Below, one piece after another: positions 28,996 to 38,971 of a stretch of 64,000 nucleotides of DNA. Origin of the DNA: Acidimicrobiia bacterium UBA4744 (lineage in GTDB: Bacteria; Actinomycetota; Acidimicrobiia; Spongiisociales; UBA4744); assembly GCA_002403855.1 (NCBI GenBank), contig DHIO01000050.1, positions 16,598-80,597 on the forward strand. Direction: 5' to 3'. The translations under genes were made by a program, and so were the position numbers. Every line of letters starts with the position of its first letter. The stretch's first letter is position 1. A model generated the notes under the pieces. It saw nothing but the letters and a program-made list of their open reading frames with translations. It was not told where the DNA came from and searched no databases.

Positions 28996-31230
28996 CTACG
29001 CCGCCGAACGGTCCGGTATCGGTTTGAGCTCCTCCACCGCCAACTCGTCCGTTTCGCCTTCGATCTGGATCTTGGGCAACCAACCCAGCCAGCGGGGGAG
29101 GTACCAGTTGCGGTCACCCAGCAGAGCCATCGAAGCGGGCACCAGCACCGACCTCACGATGGTGGCATCCAGGATCACCGCGATACCCAATCCAAAGCCG
29201 AGCTGTTGGAACATGACCAAGTCGCCCGCGGCGAACCCACCGAAGACCGCCACCATGATGAGCGCGGCGCCGGTGATGATCGCCCCCGTCGAGCCCAAGC
29301 CGAACGCCACCGACTCCCGATTGTCGCCGGTGATGTCGTAGCGCTCCTTGATCCTGGTCAGCAGGAAGATGTGGTAGTCCATCGACAACCCAAACAAGAC
29401 TGCAAACAGGAACAGCGGCACCCAGGCCTCGATCATGTCTGAGGTTCTGAACCCAAGCAGGTCGGCCCCTACGCCCTCTTGGAATACCAAGACCAGCAGA
29501 CCGTAAGAAGCTCCGACGGAGAGGAGATTCAAGAGTATCGCCTTGAGCGGAACCACGATCGACCGGAAGACCACCATCAGCAGCAGAAAGCTGAGCCCGA
29601 GCACGAACGCAAAGATCACCGGCGTACGCTCGCTGAGGACATCGACGTAATCGCTGCCGGAGGCGGCGGCGCCGGTCACCAGGACGTCGGCCTCCACGCC
29701 CTCAAAGGCGGTCGGGATCACGGTTCCCCGCAGTTCCTCCAATTCCTTGCGGGCCGCATCTGAGGCCGGGTCGAGCTTGGTGACGGCTTCGATAACGGCC
29801 AGCCGCCCATCCTCACTCATGGTTACCTTGGTTTCTCCATAGGTTGGGCCGGCGGCCAGGTAGTCCACGACTTCGCCGATGCCTTGTTGAACCGGCCGGA
29901 CACCAACATCGATAGCCGACACGACGATCGGAGTGGTGATGGCGCCCGTATCGAACTCCTCGGTGAGCACCTCGAAAGCGTGTAAGGAATCACTCTCTTC
30001 AGGGAGTGATCCAACGAAGTTGCTGCCGGTGGAGATGTTCAGGTACGGGGCGGCCAGGGCCAGCAGCAATCCACCCGCTACGACGACGCTCAGTAAGGGT
30101 CGTGCGGTAACGACCCGGGTGACACCGTGCCAGAGCCGGCCGCCACCTTCCCGATAGTGGGACCCGGAGGTGAAGGGCACCCGCAGCCGGTTGACCCGAT
30201 CACCCAGCAGACCGAGAATGGCCGGGAGCAGGGTCACCGCTGCCAGCAGGGCGACGAGGACCGCCAGAATGGCTCCCACTCCCATGCTGCGCATCACGGT
30301 CTCGGGCATGTACAGCAAGCCGGTGAGTGCGATCACCACCGTCAAACCGGAAAAGAAGACCGCCCGCGTGGCTGAGTCGCCGGCCCGGGCGACGGCTTCA
30401 CCGACGGGATGGCCCTTGGCGCGCTCTTCACGGAATCGCTGAACGACAAACAACGTGTAGTCGATTCCGACCGCTAGACCGATCATCGTGATCATGTTGA
30501 GGACGAAGAAGGAAAGGTCGAACGCTTCGCCGATGAGAGCGGTTACCCCCGCAGCGACGACGATGGACACGATGGCCAACAACAGGGGTATTCCCGCCGC
30601 CACCAGGGCACCGAACACGAGAACCAGGATGACCAGGGCGATGGAGAGCCCATAGGTCTCGCCCTTGATGAGGGTTTCCTCGGAGATCGTCTCGAACTCG
30701 ACGTTGACGCTTCCCTCACCGAAGGTCGTCACCCGAAAGCCCTCGATGGCGTCGACTTCTTCGACGAGGGCGATGACGGGTTCCGACTCGACCATGGCGT
30801 CGAGTGGGTCACCGGCCAGGGCCACCGTGATCAGCGCGGTGTGGCCGTCTTGTGAAGTCATTCCGGGGATCCCATCCAGGTAGGACGCCACCGAACCGAC
30901 CGTCTCAGTAGCCCGGAGGTCGCCGACCAGGTCCTCGACGGCGGCGGCGAACACCGGATCATCGACGGTCAGCATGTCGGACTCGATCACGACGAATTCG
31001 CGGGCGGAAGCCGCGTCGAAATGAGCAGCGATGAGATCGTCGGCTTGGGACGACTCGGTGGCAACGGCGAGATCTCCTTGATCCGTGAGTACTGCACCGA
31101 TCCGGGCAGCGAAGAACCCTGCGACAACGACGATCAGCAACCACACGATGATGTACCGCCACGGGTGGGCCGCGGCCGACCCGGCCCACCGGCCGGTGAA
31201 ACTACGTCTGGTCGTGCTGGACATGTGCAT
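28996..31230 (-). CDS. MMPL family RND-type transporter
   Basis: Two 6-TM bundles with two large extracytoplasmic domains, MMPL-like motifs (GIDYTLFVVQRFREE, GLSMDYHIFLLTRIKE). Start ATG 31230 with GAGAAAGG RBS. Confidence 0.8.
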   Translation of the reverse strand: MHMSSTTRRSFTGRWAGSAAAHPWRYIIVWLLIVVVAGFFAARIGAVLTDQGDLAVATESSQADDLIAAHFDAASAREFVVIESDMLTVDDPVFAAAVEDLVGDLRATETVGSVASYLDGIPGMTSQDGHTALITVALAGDPLDAMVESEPVIALVEEVDAIEGFRVTTFGEGSVNVEFETISEETLIKGETYGLSIALVILVLVFGALVAAGIPLLLAIVSIVVAAGVTALIGEAFDLSFFVLNMITMIGLAVGIDYTLFVVQRFREERAKGHPVGEAVARAGDSATRAVFFSGLTVVIALTGLLYMPETVMRSMGVGAILAVLVALLAAVTLLPAILGLLGDRVNRLRVPFTSGSHYREGGGRLWHGVTRVVTARPLLSVVVAGGLLLALAAPYLNISTGSNFVGSLPEESDSLHAFEVLTEEFDTGAITTPIVVSAIDVGVRPVQQGIGEVVDYLAAGPTYGETKVTMSEDGRLAVIEAVTKLDPASDAARKELEELRGTVIPTAFEGVEADVLVTGAAASGSDYVDVLSERTPVIFAFVLGLSFLLLMVVFRSIVVPLKAILLNLLSVGASYGLLVLVFQEGVGADLLGFRTSDMIEAWVPLFLFAVLFGLSMDYHIFLLTRIKERYDITGDNRESVAFGLGSTGAIITGAALIMVAVFGGFAAGDLVMFQQLGFGLGIAVILDATIVRSVLVPASMALLGDRNWYLPRWLGWLPKIQIEGETDELAVEELKPIPDRSAA

Positions 31231-31245
31231 ACCTTTCTCGACAGT

Positions 31246-31343
31246 GCCCACAACGTACGGCCGGGGGAGGGCGGTAGACAGCCGGCCCGCCTCCCCCTCC
31301 TTGTTGTGGGCCACCGCAGGGCGAATTGGGGGGTTAACCCCCC
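31246..31343. repeat. structured intergenic element: ~66-nt imperfect hairpin (GCCCACAAC..GGGGGAGG / CCTCCCCC..GTTGTGGGC) followed by perfect palindrome GGGGGGTTAACCCCCC (31328-31343)
   Basis: Seen directly in the 223-nt divergent region between the MMPL and esterase genes. Confidence 0.6.
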
Positions 31344-31453
31344 GGGAACGGAGAGCTGGGGAACGGCTCAGTGAAAGGCGCCGTGCCGGGGTTTCCCGGA
31401 CCGGATCCGGTGGCCTCCCGGCCATTTGAGGGATCGACCTCCGTACGGCAAGA

Positions 31454-32497
31454 GTGTTCGCCGTCTCGCCTCGACCTCGATTCCCATCTACCGTGGAGGT
31501 CGTGGCAACAGTGATCTACCTGGGCAGCCTTCTGCTGGCGGTGCTGGGAGCGGTGGTGCGGCAGGTGTGGCACCGTCTGTTGAAAGGGCCCCTGGTCGCC
31601 TCCTGGGCTTGGTATGTCGAACTACGAATGGTGGCTCTGCGCGCCTTCATCGTGGCAACTTCCCGGGGCGGTGACCGGTCGCGCCGGCGCGCCCTCGAAG
31701 CCGACCTCGATCCGCCCCTGCCGAGGTCCCTTCGCCAGGTCATGAAGAAAGAGGCGGCAACAGTTGGGGGCATCCCGGGGGAGTGGGTCCGGCGCGGTCA
31801 TGCCCGGCAGGAAGACCCCACGATTCTCTACCTCCACGGTGGGGCCTACCTGGCCGGCAGCCCTGCCACCCACCGGAGGTTCATTTCCCGGCTCACCTGG
31901 ATCACGAGAGCCACCACATTCGCCCCCGACTACCGACTAGCGCCCGACCACCAGTTCCCGGCGGCGGTTGATGATGCCGAGGCCGCCTACGTGGGATTGC
32001 TCGAGATGGGTGTGGAACCGGGCCGGTTGGTCGTTGCCGGCGACTCGGCCGGAGGCGGACTCGCCTGTGCGTTGCTCCAGCGACTTCGCGACGACGGTCA
32101 TCCGCAGCCGGCCGGTGCTGTGCTCTTCTCTCCGTACACCGACCTCGAACACACTGCTCCGTCCATTCGGAAGAATGCCGCGACGGACTATCTGCCGGTC
32201 GGGCCAGTAACGGCCAACACGTTCTACCTGGGCGATGCCGACCCCAAGCACCCGGAAGCATCACCAATGTACGGCGACTACACCGACGTTGCCCCCATGT
32301 TGGTCTTTGCAGGGGGGAGAGAAATGATCCTCGACGATTCCGTGCGCCTCGTCGAGAAAGCATCTGCAGACGGCGCGGATGTCACGCTCCGTATCGAGGA
32401 CGACATGTTCCACGTCTGGCCGGCATTGCTGCCCAACCATGAAGCCACTCGCCGCACACTGACGGCGGTTGCCGATTTTGTCCGCACCAGGGTCTGA
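31454..32497 (+). CDS. alpha/beta hydrolase, HSL-type esterase/lipase
   Basis: HGGAY oxyanion motif, GDSAGG nucleophile elbow; N-terminal hydrophobic segment. Confidence 0.8.
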   Translation: MFAVSPRPRFPSTVEVVATVIYLGSLLLAVLGAVVRQVWHRLLKGPLVASWAWYVELRMVALRAFIVATSRGGDRSRRRALEADLDPPLPRSLRQVMKKEAATVGGIPGEWVRRGHARQEDPTILYLHGGAYLAGSPATHRRFISRLTWITRATTFAPDYRLAPDHQFPAAVDDAEAAYVGLLEMGVEPGRLVVAGDSAGGGLACALLQRLRDDGHPQPAGAVLFSPYTDLEHTAPSIRKNAATDYLPVGPVTANTFYLGDADPKHPEASPMYGDYTDVAPMLVFAGGREMILDDSVRLVEKASADGADVTLRIEDDMFHVWPALLPNHEATRRTLTAVADFVRTRV

Positions 32498-32599
32498 ACA
32501 AGGAGAACCGAATTCGGACTGGTGCCGTACTACAGCATGGGGATAGCAGCGAATCCCCCATAGGATTCTCTATTCGGTAACCGAGGACCACAGCGGGAG

Positions 32600-33397
32600 A
32601 TGACATTGAAAGACGCGAGACTGGGCGAGTGGGGCGCGATCAGCGGCCCGGTACTGATCGCGGCGGCTGTGGTGGTGTTGGCTGCCGGTGCCGGATTGTG
32701 GTTCTTCCTCTCCGGGGACGAACCCGAAGAGGTGAATCTGGAATCTGCTGCAGCAGTGGTTTCCACCACTACGACAGCCGCAACACCGTCCGAGGACCTG
32801 CCGCCGGCCTCGAGCGAAACGGAAGGGCCGCCACCAGACGCCGGGATCGATGGAACCTGGAAGGTCGACACGTCGATCGGTTCCTTCTCCTTCGAGGACG
32901 CTACGAGTTCATTCGCCGGGTTCCGGGTAGCCGAGGAACTCGCCTCGATCGGTGCCACCGAAGCTGTGGGCCGGACTCCGGTGGTCGGTGGAACAATAGA
33001 GATCGAAGGGACCACTCTGGTGAGTGCGTTCATCGAAGCGGACTTCACCGCTATCGTCAGCAACGACAGCCGCCGCGACAGTCGTATTCAGGCAGCGCTG
33101 GACACCGACGAGTTCCCGACGGCCACGTTCGCGCTCACCGAACCGGTGGACTTCGAGACGGTCCCCGCCTCGGGTGAATCGATCTCAGTCACCGCCTTCG
33201 GTGACCTGACCGTTCACGGTGTCACGAATCCAGTCGAAATGCCTCTCGAGGCTCAACTCGTCGACGATGTCATCGTGGTGGTAGGGAGCAGCGAGATCGT
33301 GTTCGCCGATTACGACGTCGAGCCCCCCTCGGCAGTGATCGTGCTGTCGGTCGAGGATCGCGGGCAAATCGAACTGCAGCTCTTCTTCACCCGCTGA
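32600..33397 (+). CDS. YceI family protein
   Basis: N-terminal TM, Thr-rich linker, then YceI-like domain (WKVDTSIGSFSFE...HGVTNPVEMPLEAQL). Confidence 0.75.
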   Translation: MTLKDARLGEWGAISGPVLIAAAVVVLAAGAGLWFFLSGDEPEEVNLESAAAVVSTTTTAATPSEDLPPASSETEGPPPDAGIDGTWKVDTSIGSFSFEDATSSFAGFRVAEELASIGATEAVGRTPVVGGTIEIEGTTLVSAFIEADFTAIVSNDSRRDSRIQAALDTDEFPTATFALTEPVDFETVPASGESISVTAFGDLTVHGVTNPVEMPLEAQLVDDVIVVVGSSEIVFADYDVEPPSAVIVLSVEDRGQIELQLFFTR

Positions 33398-33529
33398 CGA
33401 AAAGCCCCTGCAAGAGGAGGCCTTTTCGCTGGGTACTGAGGAGGGACACTCATGCCAACGCGCCGCCGACCTAGGCGCGTCCGCAATTGTCGGAAACCCG
33501 TCTGAGAAGCGCGCGCTACCGGCTCCTGG

Positions 33530-34543
33530 TTGAATGCTCCGATGCGCGATTGGTCGACGATGCCCAAAGTGGAGTTGCACGTGCATCTTGAGGGAGCCAT
33601 TCCGCTACCGACCCTGTGGGAGCTGATCGAACGACACGGCGGAGACGACACCATCAAAACGCCGGCCGAGCTGGTGGAGTGGTTCACCTACCGGGATTTC
33701 GCTCACTTCATGGAGACCTGGGTCTGGATGAATGGCTTTCTTCGCAGCTATGAGGACTTCACCTTTGCCGCCGAAGCCGTGGCCCGCCACCTTGCCGCCC
33801 AGAACATCGTCTACGCCGAACCGTTCTTCTCCCCGAGCGACTTCGGCCACCAAGGTCTGCATCCCCAGGAATTGGCCCTCGCCATCCGGGCCGGACTCGA
33901 TCGCGTTCCGGAGGTCGAAACCCCGTTGATCGTTGATCTGGTTCGCGATCGAGGACCCGACGGAACAGCCCGAACCCTGGCTGCCATCAGCGAAGTGGCG
34001 GCCGAGGCGCGGGTGATCGGCATCGGAATCGGCGGCTTCGAAGCAGAGAACCCGCCGGAACTCTTCACCGACGTCTACCGCACCGCCCGTGCTGGGGGCT
34101 TTCGACTGACGGCCCACGCCGGCGAAACCGCCGGTCCGGAGAGCGTCTGGGGGGCCATCAACGCTCTGGAGGTAGAGCGGATCGGCCACGGGGTCAGGGC
34201 GGCCGAGGATCCAGCTTTGATCGAGTATCTGGTCGAACACCGCGTACCGCTCGAGGTGTGTCCTACCTCCAACATCCGCACCGGCGTGGTCTCGGACTGG
34301 GAAGACCACCCGGCCCGCCGGTTGATCGAAGCCGGCGTCGCCGTCACCGTGAATACCGACGATCCGGCACTCTTCCATTGCTCCCTGGCCGGCGAGTACC
34401 AGGTGCTGGAGCGGCGATTCGGGTTGACGGAAGAGACGATCAAGAGGATCTCCTTGTCGGCCGTGCACGGGTGCTGGGCACCGGTCGCGACCAAGACAAC
34501 CCTGGAAGACCGCATCAACGCTTGGTGGGACGGGACGGGCTGA
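33530..34543 (+). CDS. adenosine deaminase family protein (second paralog)
   Basis: PKVELHVHLEGA, HAGETAG, TVNTDDP signatures of the ADA/AMP-deaminase fold. Confidence 0.8.
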   Translation: MNAPMRDWSTMPKVELHVHLEGAIPLPTLWELIERHGGDDTIKTPAELVEWFTYRDFAHFMETWVWMNGFLRSYEDFTFAAEAVARHLAAQNIVYAEPFFSPSDFGHQGLHPQELALAIRAGLDRVPEVETPLIVDLVRDRGPDGTARTLAAISEVAAEARVIGIGIGGFEAENPPELFTDVYRTARAGGFRLTAHAGETAGPESVWGAINALEVERIGHGVRAAEDPALIEYLVEHRVPLEVCPTSNIRTGVVSDWEDHPARRLIEAGVAVTVNTDDPALFHCSLAGEYQVLERRFGLTEETIKRISLSAVHGCWAPVATKTTLEDRINAWWDGTG

Positions 34544-34563
34544 CCAGGCGTACAATCGCGCCG

Positions 34564-35373
34564 ATGCCCTACATCACCCTCTCAACCGATTTCGGGACCC
34601 GGCAAGGGAGCCAAGCCGTTCTGCACGGGGTCATCTACCAGATCGCCCCGGAAGCCGTGATCACCGACCTCACCCATGAGATCGCCGCCCAGGACATCCG
34701 GGAGGCGAACTTCGTGGTAGACAGCAATGCCTTCTTCTTCCCGCCGGGGACGATACACGTGATCGTCGTAGACCCGGGCGTCGGGACCGACCGCAGAGCC
34801 ATTGCCGCCCGAATCGGGGAGCACTACTTCGTGGCGCCCGACAACGGAGTGCTCAGTGCCTGCTTGGCCCGGGCGGCCCGGGAAGGCTGGCCGACGGAAT
34901 TCGTCGATCTCGACAAGCCTCAATACTGGCTGCCCAACTTGACCAACACCTTCCACGGCCGCGATCTCTTTGCTCCGGTTGGTGCTCATCTGGCATCCGG
35001 AGTACCGCTCTCGGCGATGGGAACGCCCTGCGACGATCCGCTGACTATTCCCCTGTGGGGGGCAGTGCGGCGCGAGGACGGCCGTGTCGAAGGCGAAGTG
35101 ATCTATATCGACGACTTCGGCAACGCGATCTGCTCCATCCTTCCCGACGAGATAGCCCATCTTCCCCTCCCGGACGGGGTGGAGGTGGAGTTGTGCGGTG
35201 CGGCCATCGAAGGCATGGTGAAGACCTTCGGCGATTCCGAATACGGAACCGACACCCTCATCGCCCTCTGGGACTCGAGCGGCTACCTGCTGGTGTCGGA
35301 GAACAACGGCACCGGAGGGAAGGTGATCAAACCCCGGCCGGGCGATCCGGTCGTGGTGCGCCGATTGAATTAG
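34564..35373 (+). CDS. SAM hydroxide adenosyltransferase (DUF62; fluorinase/chlorinase-like SAM hydrolase)
   Basis: MPYITLSTDFGT... DUF62 N-terminal signature, VVDPGVGT, GNAICSI C-terminal beta-barrel motifs. 20 nt downstream of the ADA paralog. Confidence 0.75.
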   Translation: MPYITLSTDFGTRQGSQAVLHGVIYQIAPEAVITDLTHEIAAQDIREANFVVDSNAFFFPPGTIHVIVVDPGVGTDRRAIAARIGEHYFVAPDNGVLSACLARAAREGWPTEFVDLDKPQYWLPNLTNTFHGRDLFAPVGAHLASGVPLSAMGTPCDDPLTIPLWGAVRREDGRVEGEVIYIDDFGNAICSILPDEIAHLPLPDGVEVELCGAAIEGMVKTFGDSEYGTDTLIALWDSSGYLLVSENNGTGGKVIKPRPGDPVVVRRLN

Positions 35374-36119
35374 AGGCGCCCGGCTTCGATGATCCTTTGC
35401 AGGAACTGCTGGGTGCGGGCCTCTCCGGGGTTCCGGAAGATCTGATCGGGTGGGCCCTGTTCGAGAATCACGCCGTCATCGAGGAAGCAAACCCGGTCTG
35501 CTACGTCTCTGGCGAAGCCCATCTCGTGGGTAGCGATGACCATCGTCATGCCGACCTCCTTGAGATCGCGAATGACGTTGAGCACCTCGGCGATCAACTC
35601 GGGGTCCAGGGCTGAGGTCACCTCATCGAGGAGGACCAGCTCGGGATCGATAGCCAGCGAGCGGATGATTGCCACCCGCTGTTGCTGGCCACCCGACAAG
35701 CGGTCCGGGTATTCCGTCACCTTGTCGCCCAGGCCGAAACGGTCGAGCAACTCCCGGGCCCGATCCTCGGCGGCCGCCCGGTTGAGCCCGTGCACCTTGC
35801 GAGGACTCAGGGTGATGTTGTCCAGAACACTCATATGGGGGAACAGGTTGAATGCCTGGAACACGATCCCCATTCGTTGCCGGACCTCGTTGGGATTCAT
35901 CCCGGGAGCGGTGATGTCCTTGCCGTCGAGGAAGATCTGCCCGTCGTCGATCGGAAACAGCAGGTTGACGCATTTGAGCAGTGTTGATTTGCCGGATCCG
36001 GAAGCGCCGATCAGGCAGACCACATCATGGTGTCCGACCTTCAGATCGACGTCGTGGAGCACCACTTTGGCCTCAAAGGCCTTCTGCACATTGCGCAGTT
36101 CGAGTTTCGGAACGCTCAT
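35370..36119 (-). CDS. amino-acid ABC transporter ATP-binding protein (GlnQ-like)
   Basis: Walker A GASGSGKST, signature LSGGQQQR, Walker B LLLDE. ATGA overlap with the permease. Confidence 0.88.
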   Translation of the reverse strand: MSVPKLELRNVQKAFEAKVVLHDVDLKVGHHDVVCLIGASGSGKSTLLKCVNLLFPIDDGQIFLDGKDITAPGMNPNEVRQRMGIVFQAFNLFPHMSVLDNITLSPRKVHGLNRAAAEDRARELLDRFGLGDKVTEYPDRLSGGQQQRVAIIRSLAIDPELVLLDEVTSALDPELIAEVLNVIRDLKEVGMTMVIATHEMGFARDVADRVCFLDDGVILEQGPPDQIFRNPGEARTQQFLQRIIEAGRL

Positions 36120-36988
36120 CCGCCCACCGCCTGCTTGCGGCGGCGATCGCGATCCGTGTACCAATCGGTGAAGCGGGCCACCGGGACACTGACCAGTAGA
36201 AAGAGGATGGTGGCGACGATGTAGCCCGTGTAGTTGAACGTACGAGCGTTGTAGATCTGAGCTTCGCGCACTCCTTCCCTTACTCCCAGCACGAAGACCA
36301 GAGCCACGTCCTTCTGCAGGCTCACGAAGCCGTTGAGCAAGGCCGGAATGACATTGCGGATGGCTTGGGGGACGAGCACATATCGAAGGGTCTGGATCTG
36401 GGTCAAACCGAGCGATCGGGCCGACATACGCTGGCTTTCTCGGACCGACTCGATCCCGGCCCGGTACACCTCGGCGGTGTACGCGGAGTAGCTGATGATG
36501 AGAGCGGTGAGTCCCCAGAACAGCTCACTGTTGGGCACGCCGGGCAATTGCAGTGCCGGAACTCCGAACCCCAGGAGCAGAATGAGCAGGATGATCGGCA
36601 CGCCGCGAATCAGATCGATGTACGTGACCGCCAGCAACCGGAGTGGGAAAAACGCCGGACCGCGCAGTGCCCGGATCATGGCGACGATCAGGGCTATGAC
36701 GAGGATGAGGACCTCAGCCACCAGGAACATGCGGATGTCGAGCCAGAACCCCGACACCACCGCCGGCCACGCCGACTGGAAGTGGCCCCAGTTGAAGAAC
36801 TGTCTCTGAACGGCCGGCCACGCCTCCGAGGAGAGGACGAGCCAGAGGATGAATCCGATGAAGACGACCGTAGAGCCAAAGGCAATGAGAGCTCCGCGCG
36901 ACCCTTCCTCGCGGGCGACGGAACGGCGCCGGGGCCCGAACAGGCCCGGACCCCGGCCGAAATCCTCGATGGGTGACCGCTCCGTCAC
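36116..36988 (-). CDS. amino-acid ABC transporter permease
   Basis: EAA-loop region, polar amino-acid permease (HisM/GlnP) topology. Confidence 0.8.
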   Translation of the reverse strand: MTERSPIEDFGRGPGLFGPRRRSVAREEGSRGALIAFGSTVVFIGFILWLVLSSEAWPAVQRQFFNWGHFQSAWPAVVSGFWLDIRMFLVAEVLILVIALIVAMIRALRGPAFFPLRLLAVTYIDLIRGVPIILLILLLGFGVPALQLPGVPNSELFWGLTALIISYSAYTAEVYRAGIESVRESQRMSARSLGLTQIQTLRYVLVPQAIRNVIPALLNGFVSLQKDVALVFVLGVREGVREAQIYNARTFNYTGYIVATILFLLVSVPVARFTDWYTDRDRRRKQAVGG

Positions 36989-37009
36989 ATCGAAGCCCTA
37001 CCCGATCCT

Positions 37010-37978
37010 CTAACCACTGATGACGTTGAGTCCGCCTCCCAGCTCGAGCCAATCGGCGATCAGGCCGTCGATCGTTCCGTCGGCCCACAGCGAGTTGATG
37101 GCCTCGTTCACGCACTCGACGAGAGGGTTGCCTTCTGCAAACAACAGGCCGTATTCGTCGGGTTCCGCCGCGGCCGCCTCGAACTTCCCGGCGATCACGG
37201 AACCCTCTACCTGCGCTGCGGTTACGAAGTAGGCGGTGGGCAGATCGACCACCAGGCCCTCGATCTGACCGGCGTTCATTGCAGAAACGACGTCGAAGTT
37301 CTCGTCGTACACGTTCGGCGGAGTGTCGGGTTGAATCACCATCTCCACGAAGTCGACGCTGGTGGTGCCGATGGCTGCACCCAGTTTGGCCGCCTTGAGA
37401 TCCTCCACGGTGGAGGCCTCTGTGTACGGCGACCCCTCCAGCACGACGAGCGCCTGGGTGGTCACGTAGTACGGGACACTGAAGTCGACGACCTCGTCAC
37501 GGGTGGCCGTGATCGAGTACTGCTGCATATTGAAATCCCAGTCTTTGGGACCAGGGCCGATCGCCTCGTCGAACCCCGTGCGCGCCCACTCCACCTGGTC
37601 GTCGGAGAAGCCCAGATAGCGGGCGATCTCGTAGGCCAGGGCGCCTTCGAATCCGGTCTGGGACGTCGGGTCGTCGAAGAAATCCCCCTCGAGCGTCCCC
37701 ACCCACGGCGGGAAGGCCGTCTCGCCGGTGGCGATCGTGAGCGTTCCCGGGGTCACCAGGTTGAGGTTCTCGACGGTGCAAGCGGCAAGCTCGGTGGTCG
37801 ATGTGGCAGCTTCCGTGGTGGTCGTCGTCTCGGCTGCCGTCGTTGTGGTGGCTTCGGTAGTGGTTGTCTCGGCTGCCGTTGTTGTGGTTTCCGCGTCGTC
37901 GGCGCAGGCCGCGGCCAGCATCGCCAAGGCGGTCACGATCGCGAGCAGCTTGCCCAGTTGGCTCCGGCGTATGCTCAT
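37010..37978 (-). CDS. amino-acid ABC transporter substrate-binding lipoprotein
   Basis: Lipobox LAAAC, Thr-rich linker encoded by ~24-nt direct repeats, PBP type-3 fold. Confidence 0.8.
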   Translation of the reverse strand: MSIRRSQLGKLLAIVTALAMLAAACADDAETTTTAAETTTTEATTTTAAETTTTTEAATSTTELAACTVENLNLVTPGTLTIATGETAFPPWVGTLEGDFFDDPTSQTGFEGALAYEIARYLGFSDDQVEWARTGFDEAIGPGPKDWDFNMQQYSITATRDEVVDFSVPYYVTTQALVVLEGSPYTEASTVEDLKAAKLGAAIGTTSVDFVEMVIQPDTPPNVYDENFDVVSAMNAGQIEGLVVDLPTAYFVTAAQVEGSVIAGKFEAAAAEPDEYGLLFAEGNPLVECVNEAINSLWADGTIDGLIADWLELGGGLNVISG

Positions 37979-38185
37979 TTGCCCTCCAAGTGGCTCGACG
38001 GTCGCGAGCTTAGCCCGGTGCGCCAACGGAGGTCTAAGGAATGAAAGCCAGGGCCTTCTCGAGTTCGATCGAATCGACATCTCGGACAGAGTTGTGTCCT
38101 GGTCGCCTCTTCCTCAGCATCCCAGGAGATCTTCAGAACAGCATGAGACATACATGAAGACTCGGTGAGATCGTCCCCGGAAGCG

Positions 38186-38971
38186 TCAGACCGGTGGGGA
38201 CGCGTCGGCCAGGACGACTTCACCGACATGCTCCTCGAGGACGGTCTGAGCCTCGTGCGGCAGCGCCGTATCCGTGATCACCGCATCGGCCTCTTCGAGG
38301 CGGGCAATGGAGCTGATTCCCACCATGCCCCACTTGGAGTGATCGGCGACCACCACCAGTTGGTTTCCGGCAGCAATCAGGGCCCGGTCGGTCTCGGCCT
38401 CCAGGAGATTGGGAGTGGTGAACCCGGACTTGGCATCCATGCCGTGCACGCCCATGAAGACCAAATCCAGATGGGTGGCCTGCAGGGCCGATACTGCGAA
38501 CGGACCCACCAGGGCATCGGACGGGGTGAGCATCCCCCCGGTGAGCACAACGGTACGGTTCCCGCCGGGCGCCCGGTGGAGGAGCTCGGCAACCCGAACC
38601 GAGTTGGTGACGACGGTAAGGCCGGGTACGTCAATGAGGTTGTGAGCGACGGCGAAGGTGGTCGTTCCTGCGCTCATGCCGATGGCGCTCCCCGGGCGTA
38701 CCATTGCCGCGGCAAGCGCCGCGATCGCTTCCTTCTCCGCCTGCAGCCGAGTCGACTTGTCGGCAAAGCTCGGCTCATGCGAGGTGCCGTTGCGAACGGC
38801 TGTGGCACCGCCGTGCACCCTCTCCAGCAGACCCCGTTCCTCCAGGACTTCGAGATCTCGCCGGATCGTCATGTCCGACACGTTGAGTTCACCCACGAGA
38901 TCTGACACTCGGACCCCGCCCGTACGACGAATCATCGACAGTATGTAGGCCTGGCGTTGCAACTGCAGCAC
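38186..38971 (-). CDS. DeoR/GlpR family transcriptional regulator
   Basis: N-terminal HTH (RQAYILSMIRRTGGVRVSDLVGELNVSDMTIRRDL) then DeoR sugar-phosphate-binding domain. GTG start at 38971; the track's upstream extension was rejected. Confidence 0.8.
   Translation of the reverse strand: MLQLQRQAYILSMIRRTGGVRVSDLVGELNVSDMTIRRDLEVLEERGLLERVHGGATAVRNGTSHEPSFADKSTRLQAEKEAIAALAAAMVRPGSAIGMSAGTTTFAVAHNLIDVPGLTVVTNSVRVAELLHRAPGGNRTVVLTGGMLTPSDALVGPFAVSALQATHLDLVFMGVHGMDAKSGFTTPNLLEAETDRALIAAGNQLVVVADHSKWGMVGISSIARLEEADAVITDTALPHEAQTVLEEHVGEVVLADASPPV

Noticed and set aside
28996-31425. N-terminal 65-aa extension of the MMPL ORF
   Set aside because: The extension is Arg/Pro-rich and precedes the ATG (31230) that has a good RBS and begins the first TM helix.
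33398-33450. Possible intrinsic terminator after yceI (GAAAAGCCCCTGCAAGAGGAGGCCTTTTCG)
   Set aside because: The flanking A-tract and T-tract are suggestive, but the putative stem arms (GCCCCT / AGGAGGCC) do not base-pair convincingly.
37790-37900. Direct ~24-nt repeats (tctcggctgccgtYgttgtggtKK) in the amino-acid binding-protein gene
   Set aside because: They encode the Thr/Glu/Ala-rich lipoprotein linker on the coding strand. Ordinary linker repetitiveness, not an independent element.
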